Part shown: positions 43,212 to 52,963 of the stretch, piece by piece
Layout: every line of letters begins with the position of its first letter
Position numbering within the stretch: the first letter of the stretch is position 1
DNA from: Pontiella sp.
GTDB lineage: Bacteria; Verrucomicrobiota; Kiritimatiellia; Kiritimatiellales; Pontiellaceae
Direction: 5' to 3'
DNA: 64,000 nucleotides
NCBI GenBank assembly: GCA_050290185.1
Contig: JBNKHE010000007.1
Coordinates: 64,001 to 128,000, forward strand
The notes under the pieces: generated by a model
Databases searched by the model: none
Seen by the model: the letters and a program-made list of their open reading frames with translations, nothing else
What the model was told of the DNA's origin: nothing
Program-made: the position numbers and the translations under genes

Positions 43212-43838
43212 TCAGCGATTTTTACGGGTAAAGGCCATCGGAAAGATGATATCGCTCAAGCAGCAGGGGATCCAGACGGCGATGAACAGAAAGAACGAGA
43301 TCAAGACCCCTTCAACAAAGGAGAAGTGACCGGACTGGGCTCGCAGGATATGGAAAAGGGATGACGCGGTGCTAAGCAAAACATGTCCTCCATGCGGGAA
43401 ATGCGTTTGGCTGGAGAAAAAGGCTGCTCCGATGCCCAGCAGGGCGGCCAGATTGATGATTACCGGCATTTCCACGATGCCGAGATGTACCTGGGCGTTC
43501 TCCATCCCGAGCATAAGTTCTGCCCAGTAGGGGACCAGGCAGTCGCTAAGGGTCGCGATTCCGATTGAGCCAAAATAGCCGACCAGTACGACGGCGAGCA
43601 TGCCGGATTTGCTGTGGCGTGGGCGTCCGCGATAGTTTTTGTAGACGGCTGCGGTTACCAGCGCGCTCAGCACGACATGCAATGGATGGGTAAACTCGAA
43701 CAGGGATTCCGCCCTTTCCGTATCGATGGCACTCGGAGCAATGCGCTGGAGCAGGAAAACAACGGCCACGCCGAGTGCGGCGCCAAGCAGCGTAAACGGT
43801 CCGTGATGCTTCAATTCTTTTAATATGGCGGATTTCAT
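43212..43838 (-). CDS. His/Cys-containing membrane protein
   Basis: HHGPFT, HPLHV, HFPHGGH, WIPCCLSDI; several TM segments. Confidence 0.7.
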   Translation of the reverse strand: MKSAILKELKHHGPFTLLGAALGVAVVFLLQRIAPSAIDTERAESLFEFTHPLHVVLSALVTAAVYKNYRGRPRHSKSGMLAVVLVGYFGSIGIATLSDCLVPYWAELMLGMENAQVHLGIVEMPVIINLAALLGIGAAFFSSQTHFPHGGHVLLSTASSLFHILRAQSGHFSFVEGVLISFFLFIAVWIPCCLSDIIFPMAFTRKNR

Positions 43839-43885
43839 GCGCGGTCTTCTATCAGAGTACCCAGGGCATAGCAAGCGGGGCGGAA

Positions 43886-44185
43886 CTAATTGTTGGGTAT
43901 TGAACCTAGCGTTGTAAGTAATTCAGGAGGCGGGTTGGTGATTTTCAGCCGTTTGTTGCGGCCGGTCTCGCCGGAAAGGATTTCGATGGTTGACTTGGCA
44001 ATCTTCCACTGCTTGGACAGGAACTTTACGAGGTAGGCATTGGCCTTGCCCTCCACCGGCGGGGCCTGGATACGCACTTTGAGTGCCTCGTCACCCATCA
44101 CGCCTGCGATGCCATCCCGGGAAGCGCGCGGTACAATCCGCAAGGTGATAATGATGTTTCCGTCCTTTTCTTCAAACCATGCCAT
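43886..44185 (-). CDS. DUF167/YggU family protein
   Basis: VPRASR, APPVEGKAN, SGETGRNK. Confidence 0.88.
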   Translation of the reverse strand: MAWFEEKDGNIIITLRIVPRASRDGIAGVMGDEALKVRIQAPPVEGKANAYLVKFLSKQWKIAKSTIEILSGETGRNKRLKITNPPPELLTTLGSIPNN

Positions 44186-44237
44186 TGACTTCGCCTTCTT
44201 CGAAATTCGGGTTTTATTGCGCATTACGCTGAAATCG

Positions 44238-45194
44238 TCAAAACATAAGGTTGAATAGCCATCCCACAATCAGAATGCCGATGGAGGCGGTTGCAACAAA
44301 TATAGCGATCAAGCGTGGCTTCATCACTTTGCGTAGCAACACCATTTCGGGGAATGAAAGCGCCGTGACGGCCATCATGAAGGCCAATGCAGTGCCGAGA
44401 CCAACGCCTTTGCCAATCAGAGCCTCCGCAATCGGAATCGTGCCGAGTGCGTTGGAGTAGAGGGGTATGCCGCACAGAACGGCAATCACAACACTCAGCG
44501 GGTTGTTGGAACCGGCATACTTCGAAAGCATGTCTTCCGGCGCCCAGCCATGAATCGCCGCTCCGATGCCAATGCCGATCAGTAGATAGATCCAAATGCG
44601 CTTAAGAATGTCGGCCACATGTTCACCGGCATAGGCCAGCCGTTGCTGCTGCGTCATGTCGGGATGGAGTTTATTGAACGCTTCGCCACTGAAGACGGCG
44701 GCTTCCAGATGCGTCTCCGGCTTGAAACGGCCGATGATTATGCCGCTGACCACACCAATAAGAACGCCCATGGCGGCATAGGTGACCGCCACTTTCCATC
44801 CGAAAGAGGCCAGCAGGATGGCGAATGCCGCCTCGTTCACAATCGGAGAGGTCACCAGAAACGAGAAGGTGACGCCCAGCGGAATGCCCGCTTCCACAAA
44901 GCCGATAAAGATCGGGACCGATGAGCAGGAGCAGAACGGGGTAATGATGCCCAGCATCGAAGCCGCTACATGTGCGCCCGGACCGTGGATGCGTTCCAGC
45001 ATCTTCTTGGTTTTCTGCGGTTGGAAATAGCTGCGCAGGTAGGAAATGACGAAGATCATCAGCGACAGCAGAATCAGGATCTTTACCGTATCGTACAAAA
45101 AGAAATGCACACTGCCGCCCAGTTGCGAATCCACCGTCAGGCCGAATGGGCCTTCAACGAGTTTTGTGATGAAATGATCCAACCATATGAACAT
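44238..45194 (-). CDS. DUF318/ArsP-type permease
   Basis: TPFCSCSSVP, LSFPEM. Confidence 0.88.
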   Translation of the reverse strand: MFIWLDHFITKLVEGPFGLTVDSQLGGSVHFFLYDTVKILILLSLMIFVISYLRSYFQPQKTKKMLERIHGPGAHVAASMLGIITPFCSCSSVPIFIGFVEAGIPLGVTFSFLVTSPIVNEAAFAILLASFGWKVAVTYAAMGVLIGVVSGIIIGRFKPETHLEAAVFSGEAFNKLHPDMTQQQRLAYAGEHVADILKRIWIYLLIGIGIGAAIHGWAPEDMLSKYAGSNNPLSVVIAVLCGIPLYSNALGTIPIAEALIGKGVGLGTALAFMMAVTALSFPEMVLLRKVMKPRLIAIFVATASIGILIVGWLFNLMF

Positions 45195-45206
45195 AAGGTC
45201 TGGTTC

Positions 45207-45908
45207 CTAGATCGTATTATAGAGAAAGTAAAGACCGGCCAGGATAAGCAGGATGCCCAAGGCAAACTTGATGTGGCGGGCGGTTTTTGTTTCGCGGTTC
45301 CACGCCGAAAAATGCTGGGCCAGTTCAGTCGCGGTTCCGGCCGCGACCAGTACGGTGCAATGGCCGAGTGCGTACAATGCCAGCAGCAGAAAGCCAAAGA
45401 CCGGATGGGTGGATGCGGAGGAAAATACCAGTGCCAGTACAGGAGCAAGGAAAGCAAACGTGCAGGGGCCCGAGGCCACGCCGAACAATAGTCCGAGCAA
45501 TAGCGCTCCCGTCGCTCCTCTTCTTTTGACGTTCTCCTTGCGGGCGCCCATCCATGGAACCGAAACGACATCCATCAGATGCAGTCCGATGAGGATAAAC
45601 ACCGTGCTCATTAGATAGCCGCCGACCGCGCCGGCGTCGCCGGTCATGCGTCCTGCGAGCGTAGTGGCCACGCCGATGACGGCCATGGTGATTAGAATGC
45701 CGAACGCAAAAAGGGCGGAGAGCCCGGCGGCCAGTTTCGGGGTGTTCACCTTCTGGTCATTCACGTAAGCAATCAGCAGGGGAATGCTGGCCAGATGACA
45801 GGGGCTAAGGATAACGCTACAGATGCCCCAAACAAATGTGGCGGACAGCGCAAGTATGGGCGAGCCGGTCATGCCAGCGTTCAGGGATTGTAAAACATCA
45901 ACCAGCAT
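45207..45908 (-). CDS. CcdA/DsbD-type thiol-disulfide membrane transporter
   Basis: LSPCHLASIP and GPCTF. Confidence 0.85.
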   Translation of the reverse strand: MLVDVLQSLNAGMTGSPILALSATFVWGICSVILSPCHLASIPLLIAYVNDQKVNTPKLAAGLSALFAFGILITMAVIGVATTLAGRMTGDAGAVGGYLMSTVFILIGLHLMDVVSVPWMGARKENVKRRGATGALLLGLLFGVASGPCTFAFLAPVLALVFSSASTHPVFGFLLLALYALGHCTVLVAAGTATELAQHFSAWNRETKTARHIKFALGILLILAGLYFLYNTI

Positions 45909-46290
45909 CCAGCGATACTCCCAGTTCAATAAACATGTGTTCAATCTCTTCGGTCGAAAAGAATCCCTGATGTCGGTAGAGCTCGTTGCCGTCCGCATCG
46001 AAAAAGATCTGTACCGGAATCAGTTCGACCCCGTATTCGTCGACAGCCTCCTCATGCTCCCAAACATCGATAAAATCAACTTGCAGCTTGCCGGCATGTT
46101 TTTTCCGGAGCTCCTCCAGTACTGGTTCCATCAGTGTACAGGCGGTGCATCCTTTGGAGCCCAGATCCAGCAGTCGCGGGATTCCGGTTATTTGAGCGGG
46201 GAGTGGCGTGCTGGTCTTTTCGGATTTTTTCAGCATAACCACACCTGCAATGGCAGCAATCACTAGGAAAAATATAATCAAGCGTTTCAT
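45898..46290 (-). CDS. Membrane-anchored thioredoxin
   Basis: CTAC motif, IPVQIFFD. Confidence 0.85.
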   Translation of the reverse strand: MKRLIIFFLVIAAIAGVVMLKKSEKTSTPLPAQITGIPRLLDLGSKGCTACTLMEPVLEELRKKHAGKLQVDFIDVWEHEEAVDEYGVELIPVQIFFDADGNELYRHQGFFSTEEIEHMFIELGVSLDAG

Positions 46291-46300
46291 TACAGTATAC

Positions 46301-46660
46301 TCACTTTCGATAGATCTGCGTCAGTTCGTCGAGATCGGTGGCTTTGATTTTCTCCAGACGGATCCGGTCCTCCTCGATCTCCGGGGAATGTTCTACGGAC
46401 TCAAAAACCCAGTTGAGGGTATTCCATGAATCGGAACTCCGGTCGGCGAGGCGGTAGTGCATCCATCGCCCCTCCTTGCGTCCTTCAACCAAGCCCGCAT
46501 GTTTTAAAATGGATACATGTTTCGAAACCGTCGACGGGGCCAGTTTCAACAGTTCGATAATCCGGCACACACAGAGTTCTCCTCCGCGCAACGCCATTAG
46601 AATCCGCACCCGGTTCGGGTCGGCCAACGCTTTGGTCTTGGTCGTGAATGTCGCAATCAT
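46301..46660 (-). CDS. ArsR/SmtB family repressor
   Basis: KALADPNRVRI, ELCVC metal site, STVSKH; palindrome TTCGT-CAAATA-ACGAA at 46671-46686 upstream. Confidence 0.9.
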   Translation of the reverse strand: MIATFTTKTKALADPNRVRILMALRGGELCVCRIIELLKLAPSTVSKHVSILKHAGLVEGRKEGRWMHYRLADRSSDSWNTLNWVFESVEHSPEIEEDRIRLEKIKATDLDELTQIYRK

Positions 46661-46813
46661 ATTTTTATAATTCGTCAAATAACGAAATAAAGATATCAGG
46701 CGAATCCAGATTGGCCAATCTTATTCATGAAAAAGGAGTCGTGGGGATGGTTCCGGCTTTCCGTGAGCAGAGATCTTTTGTTTAATGCGGCTTTTACTAT
46801 GAACGGAGTGGCA

Positions 46814-47761
46814 ATGGGTAAAACTTTCAGCAAAGTGGCTGTTTTGATGGGCGGTGTTTCATCGGAACGTGAAATTTCATTGAAATCGGGCAAAGCGATT
46901 GCGCAGGGACTGCGCGAGGGTGGATATGAGGTGCGGGAAATAGACATAACCGCAAAGCAGTTTTCCATCCCTGCGGATATCGAGGCGGTTTTTGTGGCGT
47001 TGCATGGGCAGTTTGGCGAGGATGGAGAAATTCAACAGATCCTGTCCGAAAAAGGAATGCCCTTCACGGGCTCGGGGCCGGAATCCAGCCGGGTCTCCTT
47101 CGACAAGATTCTAACCCGCCGGCAACTGGAGAAAAACGGCATTCCGATACCCCGGGGCGAGGTGGTTAAGAAAGCTTCGGACCGGACTGTTCCCGTACCG
47201 CTGGTGGTGAAACCACCCCGCGAAGGATCAAGCGTAGGGTGCTATCTGGTTTTCGAGGAACATGCGTGGGAGTCGGCATTCGAGGGCGCGGTGCAGTATT
47301 CCGGGGAGGTGCTGGTGGAGGAATACATCCCGGGTCGCGAGCTGACGGTCGGGGTGGTGGAGTCGATATCGCACGAGCCTTCGGCATCCGCTGTAGCTGC
47401 AGCAGACCAGTCGGCGACCAGACTCGTGCTGCCGGTGGTGGAGATAAAGACGGTGTCGGAGTGGTATGACTTCGATGCAAAATATGTGACCGGCGATACG
47501 CAGTATGTTGTACCTGCCGAGCTGGATGACGAGACAACTGTGCGGTTGCAATCCATCGCCCTTGCGACATTCGACTGCCTGGGAGCCTCGGGCTTTGGCC
47601 GGGTCGATTTCAGGCTGTCTCCCGAAGGCAAACCCTATGTGCTGGAGCTGAATGCCATCCCCGGATTTACCGCCACAAGTCTGCTCCCTAAAGCCGCTCA
47701 GGCGCATGGAATCGGTTTTTCAGAGCTTTGTTGTCGAATCATGGAAATGGCTCACTTGTGA
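46814..47761 (+). CDS. ddl: D-alanine--D-alanine ligase
   Basis: GGVSSEREIS, LHGQFGEDG, GSSVG, YDFDAKY, ELNAIPG. Confidence 0.95.
   Translation: MGKTFSKVAVLMGGVSSEREISLKSGKAIAQGLREGGYEVREIDITAKQFSIPADIEAVFVALHGQFGEDGEIQQILSEKGMPFTGSGPESSRVSFDKILTRRQLEKNGIPIPRGEVVKKASDRTVPVPLVVKPPREGSSVGCYLVFEEHAWESAFEGAVQYSGEVLVEEYIPGRELTVGVVESISHEPSASAVAAADQSATRLVLPVVEIKTVSEWYDFDAKYVTGDTQYVVPAELDDETTVRLQSIALATFDCLGASGFGRVDFRLSPEGKPYVLELNAIPGFTATSLLPKAAQAHGIGFSELCCRIMEMAHL
47736..47754 (+). repeat. attL core
   Basis: GAATCATGGAAATGGCTCA. Confidence 0.85.
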
Positions 47762-47857
47762 AAAAGTGCTGATATTAAAGGCTATTATCAATAATATAGC
47801 TTGCATTCAATACGTCACTTGATACAAAACGCTCCATCTTAACGAAGGGGCAAAATC

Positions 47858-49570
47858 ATGATGACACCAATCAATATTCCGCATTCCAAGCCTAGAGGGA
47901 AGCGAGGCACCTATGTCTATCGCCGAAGTATTCCGAAGGAGCTGCGGGAGAGTGTTGGGCAATCTGAGTATGTGATTTCGCTGAAGACCTCCAATCCCGT
48001 TGAGGCTGCTCCTCTGGCCATTGCCTTGGATGAGGAGCATACAGCTCTCTTCAAGCGTCTTAAGAGGCAGCTGGCGGAAGGACGTAAACCTGTTGACCCA
48101 TTAGCCGCCTTCAACGAGGTGCTAGCTCCCATGGTTCGCGATAGGGTAAACAGCTTTCTTAACGATGATGATTTCCTTGGCTGTTCAACCGAAGCCCTAG
48201 AAGAATACCACTGGCAGCTTCAACAATGCCATGACCGACTCTTCAATCTCCCTGAACTGGGTGACTGTCTATTGGATATCCATCTGGTTCATGAGGGGGC
48301 AACGATGACTCTCAAGGATTCCATGAGGCGTTTCTGTGGGTGGGTCGAGAGTATGCCCTATGGGACATCTATTCGGCTGTGGCGAAGAGTGCGCGGTCTG
48401 TTTGATGAAGCTACTAAAGCTCTAGGCGACGGGATCAAGGAGGAGTTGGAGAATGCATCTCCAGCCGGTTGGGAGCCTAGACAGTTGGTGGCCGCTGCCG
48501 CCGTCACGAAGAGAGATGACTCCAGAGGCCGAAGTTTGCGGGTAATCCTGAAGGAGTACCTTGGGTTAAACACCAAACGTGCTCCGAGTGCTATTCAAGG
48601 GATGACAAGCGACTTGGACTTATTCTTGGAGTTCTGTCAGAAGAGCGATATGGCCGTGACGGATGTGACGAAAGCAATGCTTACCGCCTTTCGGGATGAC
48701 TGCCTAGTGAAGCTGCCAGCCCAAAGGCACAGGAAGAAGGAACTGAAGGGTAAGAGTCTCTCCGAATGTATTCGTATCACAGAGAAGGAAGGCTTTGCCA
48801 AGCTGACTCCTGTCACCATACATGGCCGCTTTAAGACCCTCAGGACGCTCCTAGAACACGCGAAGACCGAGGGTGATATCCAGAGGAACCCAGCGGCCAA
48901 CATCAAGGCGGGGGAGCGTATGAAGGTCATTGCAGGGGGCGGCATGATGAATAAGAAGGCGTTCACCGCTGATGAGACAGAGGAAATGAAGAAGCTCATT
49001 GGGGATGAAAGCTTCAATATTTGGTTGGAGACCCCCGACTTTAAGTGGATTACGGCAATCGGCTATCACCAAGGCATGCGGTTAGGGGAAGTAACCCAGC
49101 TACAGAGCAAGGATGTTTACCTAGATCAAAGTAGTGGGGCGTATGTCATTTCGATTAATGATGATCACGAGAAAAAGAGTCTCAAGAAGCAATCCTCTAG
49201 GCGAATCATTCCGTTGCATCCTGAGCTACGCAAAATGGGGTTTCTTGAATACATCGATGCCAAGGGTATGCAGCCAGATGATTTCATCTGGTCTCAGAGT
49301 CTGAGCTGGGAGCCAAAGTGTAAATGGTATGGTAAGTATACTTCCACATACAGACGAAAGATTGCACCTGTGGCAGTACCTGATGCAGACCGGAGGAGGG
49401 AGCTTAAAGGATATCATTCGCTACGGCATTCGGCAATCTCTCGGATGCTGGCCAATGGGATTCCTGAAGATGAACGCAAAGGTATCGTAGGGCATAGTGC
49501 GGGGGATGTTCATGCTGGATATGCTGGGGGCATTACCGTTCAGCAGATGGCTAAATGGATGACCTATTAG
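47858..49570 (+). CDS. Tyrosine recombinase/integrase with N-terminal DUF6538-like domain
   Basis: YVYRRSIP N-terminus; catalytic GMRLGE, HSLRH, VGH and HAGY. Confidence 0.92.
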   Translation: MMTPINIPHSKPRGKRGTYVYRRSIPKELRESVGQSEYVISLKTSNPVEAAPLAIALDEEHTALFKRLKRQLAEGRKPVDPLAAFNEVLAPMVRDRVNSFLNDDDFLGCSTEALEEYHWQLQQCHDRLFNLPELGDCLLDIHLVHEGATMTLKDSMRRFCGWVESMPYGTSIRLWRRVRGLFDEATKALGDGIKEELENASPAGWEPRQLVAAAAVTKRDDSRGRSLRVILKEYLGLNTKRAPSAIQGMTSDLDLFLEFCQKSDMAVTDVTKAMLTAFRDDCLVKLPAQRHRKKELKGKSLSECIRITEKEGFAKLTPVTIHGRFKTLRTLLEHAKTEGDIQRNPAANIKAGERMKVIAGGGMMNKKAFTADETEEMKKLIGDESFNIWLETPDFKWITAIGYHQGMRLGEVTQLQSKDVYLDQSSGAYVISINDDHEKKSLKKQSSRRIIPLHPELRKMGFLEYIDAKGMQPDDFIWSQSLSWEPKCKWYGKYTSTYRRKIAPVAVPDADRRRELKGYHSLRHSAISRMLANGIPEDERKGIVGHSAGDVHAGYAGGITVQQMAKWMTY

Positions 49571-49730
49571 GTATTGGCTACCAAGGCCGCTTGAAGCTTG
49601 AGTGGTTGCATAGGAAAATCTCGAAGATTAGTTGGTAGTTGCGCTGGCGACTCTTCATAGAAATAAGAGGCCCAATCTGAGGTTACCCCTCGGAGTGGGT
49701 CTTGCTGTTTCAACGCCTAGAGTGTTCTGT

Positions 49731-52136
49731 TTAGGATTGTTGGGGTCTTTTCTTTATGAGTTTCCGGAACTGAGGTTGCTTGTTCCTCCATGTGAACCAA
49801 TACTCTACTCCAAGATAGAGCTCGTTCGTTCTGTCACAGATCTCAAAAAAATCCTTGTTATAAGATGCGTATTGCTTGTGTTTGTCGCTGGCTTTCTTCC
49901 ACGCTGTTGGCAAACCATTATGATCGGCACAGAGCTCTGTGCTGGTTAAAATCAGAATGTTATTGTATGGGCGACCAGCAACACGATTCGCTCTCGCCTT
50001 GTTTACCAATGGTTTAATCAACTTAATCTCATCAGGGCTCAACTTATCTTTCATGGTTGAAAAAACGAGAGTACAGCGTGGAAACTCTCTACCTAAGCGA
50101 CTCATGCGAGTGACATCTTTCTTTTCGAACAAGTTGAATGTTTTGCATTCTGCAAATATTACGATTTTCTTCGGGGCACCGTATCTTGATTCTTCGAAGA
50201 GAATCCCTAGGTCTGCTTCTAGGGGTTTTTGAGCTCCACCTTCTGATTTGCGAGCAGTAAAACTCATCATGGTAGTAGTAGCACCTTCAAAGACGCTTCT
50301 AAAAAACCTGAGTGACAGCAATACAGAGTAAGCACCTTGTGCGCTATTGGGTAAGCTAAACGGGCCGATCGTTCGGTAAGTCCATTTTAGAGCGTCAGGA
50401 TCTCCTGATGGTATTTCATAGGAGTCCAGACATTTTGGACACATCAGTGTGTAATCAGCTTCTGTGATTGAGAACCAAGACCGTTGCTGGCAAGTTGGGC
50501 ATTGACACTCTATCCCTAGTTGAAGCGCTCTACTATTTATTAACCCTTCGATAGTTCTGGTTCCGTCATCGTATAATCCTTCTTTATTGGCGATTTGTTT
50601 AATTCTATCGCGAAGTGCTTTCTTTTTTATGGTTTTCCCTTCGGAGTGCTCTGAAAGTAGCTTGATAACTCCCTTCGTAGCTAGAATGCCAATATACAAC
50701 TCTCCTCCGAGTTGCTTCAGCATTTGGGTTGCGATTCGTCCGGCTGTAGAGAGCTCAATATCCCATCCCTTTGCCTTCATCCATGAAGAAAAAACAGTTG
50801 TAGGGTTTAGAATCGGAACATGGATGTTCCATCTCGGAAAATCAGCTAAGTAAACTAGACCTTTTTTCGATAAGCGCCACTTAGGGTAGAACAATGGGAT
50901 ATGCATAGTTCTCTCATCATCTGGAAGAACTTCTGCTACAAGTTCGGAGATGGAATAGATGCGTACTTTTACTTCATTCGCAAAATGGGGGCCTCCACTC
51001 TGAGGGTATTTGGTAGCAAAAGATGGCGCTAAAGTATCGACGGTGGCTCGGTCTCCTGATACGCGTATATCATAACGGTCTACATTATCGCTCTCAATGG
51101 TATAGCTTACATTCTCCTGCGACTCATTTTGCCATATATGCGGGTACCAAGGTTGAGTAAAAAACTTAGCGTCACTCTTCTGCTCTGCAATAACTGCTCT
51201 TATATCCGAGATAAATGAATCTAGTTGATCTTTGGAGATATGAGCACTTGGTATTATAGTTGCCGCACGAATATCTGCCGGATTATCGGGGTTCCGATAT
51301 GTTTCTTCCGCCAAGAACTTAAACACTTGATCCAGTACGCTCTCGGTATCACTAACCTGAATCGGGATTGGTATTATGTTTCGCGCTGTCGCTCTGAGGT
51401 TTAAGTAATCGATGACATCTAGCGGCTGTGAAGCATCTAAGACGAATACACTTGAGTTGCCTAGGTGAAGATTTGTGGTTCGTACATCGCCGATGTAAAG
51501 AGAGGTCATTCTGCGATGAAATAAGTTCTGTGGATCAAGCAGGTCGAGAAAGTTGGTTAGTGAACAATCCACATCAACAAACTCTAGGGCGCTATACATT
51601 CCGCTCTTGGAATACAGTTCCTCAACTTCTTTACAGAGCGAGCCAAAGACAGAGGACAAAAAGAGTTTGTAAGGATGTCCGAAGGCTGGTGTTACTATTT
51701 TTGGGAGGTTACTGGGCTTAAATCGAAGCTCTTTTCTGTAATAATGGCGAAGTACCTCAAACGCACTAATACCATGAGAGATCGTTCCATCATTGCGAAT
51801 GCTTGCGATGAGGTCTGAAGCATATATGACTTCCCTGTTTTTACATGAAGAATGTTCCTTATCGGTTTTGTGGAAGCAGACAATGAAGTCTGGATCATAG
51901 CTATCTATATAACCTTTAACAAGGTCTGCTGGCTTCGCATTCGATGCAAATCGTTTTTTCCAGCTGCTAGGAATCCTTCTCAATAAAGGTATTGTTGGAT
52001 TATATTGTCCACCCCAAAGGAATGTATTGATTTCTATGGCCTTCAATAGTGATTTGGTGTCGTTGGGCCGAACCAGGAATGCGAGTCGTAATGGTCGAAG
52101 AGTTTGTTCAATATTGACATTGTCCATCGCATTCAT
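49731..52136 (-). CDS. Large hypothetical protein with Zn ribbon and C-terminal PD-(D/E)xK-like domain
   Basis: CPTC...CPKC; EAD...AECK; AAGGA RBS. Confidence 0.7.
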   Translation of the reverse strand: MNAMDNVNIEQTLRPLRLAFLVRPNDTKSLLKAIEINTFLWGGQYNPTIPLLRRIPSSWKKRFASNAKPADLVKGYIDSYDPDFIVCFHKTDKEHSSCKNREVIYASDLIASIRNDGTISHGISAFEVLRHYYRKELRFKPSNLPKIVTPAFGHPYKLFLSSVFGSLCKEVEELYSKSGMYSALEFVDVDCSLTNFLDLLDPQNLFHRRMTSLYIGDVRTTNLHLGNSSVFVLDASQPLDVIDYLNLRATARNIIPIPIQVSDTESVLDQVFKFLAEETYRNPDNPADIRAATIIPSAHISKDQLDSFISDIRAVIAEQKSDAKFFTQPWYPHIWQNESQENVSYTIESDNVDRYDIRVSGDRATVDTLAPSFATKYPQSGGPHFANEVKVRIYSISELVAEVLPDDERTMHIPLFYPKWRLSKKGLVYLADFPRWNIHVPILNPTTVFSSWMKAKGWDIELSTAGRIATQMLKQLGGELYIGILATKGVIKLLSEHSEGKTIKKKALRDRIKQIANKEGLYDDGTRTIEGLINSRALQLGIECQCPTCQQRSWFSITEADYTLMCPKCLDSYEIPSGDPDALKWTYRTIGPFSLPNSAQGAYSVLLSLRFFRSVFEGATTTMMSFTARKSEGGAQKPLEADLGILFEESRYGAPKKIVIFAECKTFNLFEKKDVTRMSRLGREFPRCTLVFSTMKDKLSPDEIKLIKPLVNKARANRVAGRPYNNILILTSTELCADHNGLPTAWKKASDKHKQYASYNKDFFEICDRTNELYLGVEYWFTWRNKQPQFRKLIKKRPQQS

Positions 52137-52691
52137 CCTTCTTTAACCCATCAACAAGTAACCTATTTCATTTTTTGGTGCAATCATCTGAATGCCTATA
52201 TGTGAAAGAAGCGAGTCCAAGTTTCCCCCGTGGGGGTATCGTTTCGATAGGGGTGGGGGAGCTGAAAACACCCACTAATAGGATGGGGAGACAGAAGGTC
52301 ATCCCATATGGTAAAGTTGTGCGGCTCGTTGCTTGGAGACTCCTAGTTGCTCTCCTATACGGGTAAAGCTCTGGCCTTCGGTCTCCACTATTGAAGAGGA
52401 AGACGCTCAGTCTCGGTATCATTCTGTATCAAATAGACCAATCAACAGCACAGGACTCGTTCTTCTTATTACGTTGTAGCCAAGCATATCAACACCGATT
52501 GCAAAACCGTACGTCGATCCTATTGTTCGACAGCATTGTGAGAGAATCCGAGTATTTACTGAGTCCCGCCCCAATCAAATCGACAAGCAACAGGGCTGAC
52601 CTCGTGACTTCTCTTAGCTGCTTACTTTAGGAAGAAAGCGTCCTTCTGAACGTCCAGTTCAAAGAATCGGTTTATTGTGTCTAGAATAGGT

Positions 52692-52898
52692 GGCACCCAT
52701 GCATGCTTCATCCCGCATATGAACCAGATTCTTAGGTCTGTATTCTGCCGCATGTATGGCGACACGAATATGCTGGCTGAGTTCAAGAGGCAGATCGAAG
52801 AGCAGAGCGAGGGCTTCGATGTGGAATACCCTGAGCCGCCTACCCAAGGCGGTCTCGATGTAAGTCAGGTGATGTATTCGCAGTACTTTTTTGCCTAG
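52692..52898 (+). pseudogene. C-terminal fragment of a T7-like single-subunit RNA polymerase
   Basis: GTHAC...MNQILRSVFCRMY...PEPPTQGGLDVSQVMYSQYFFA-stop; catalytic HDS and everything upstream are absent. Confidence 0.8.
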
Positions 52899-52940
52899 CC
52901 TGCATCACTAGTGTTACACCCTGTCAGAGAGGGTGTTGCG

Positions 52941-52963
52941 CTTATTCCCTCACTATAGGAAGA
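52941..52963 (+). promoter_or_regulatory. T7/T3-like phage RNAP promoter (+1 at G52958)
   Basis: CTTATTCCCTCACTATAGGAAGA vs T7 TAATACGACTCACTATAGGGAGA and T3 AATTAACCCTCACTAAAGGGAGA. Confidence 0.75.

Noticed and set aside
52270..52400. Additional T7-like promoters (CCCACTAATAGGA, CTCCACTATTGAAGA)
   Set aside because: Need gaps or several mismatches in the core; too weak without a matrix score
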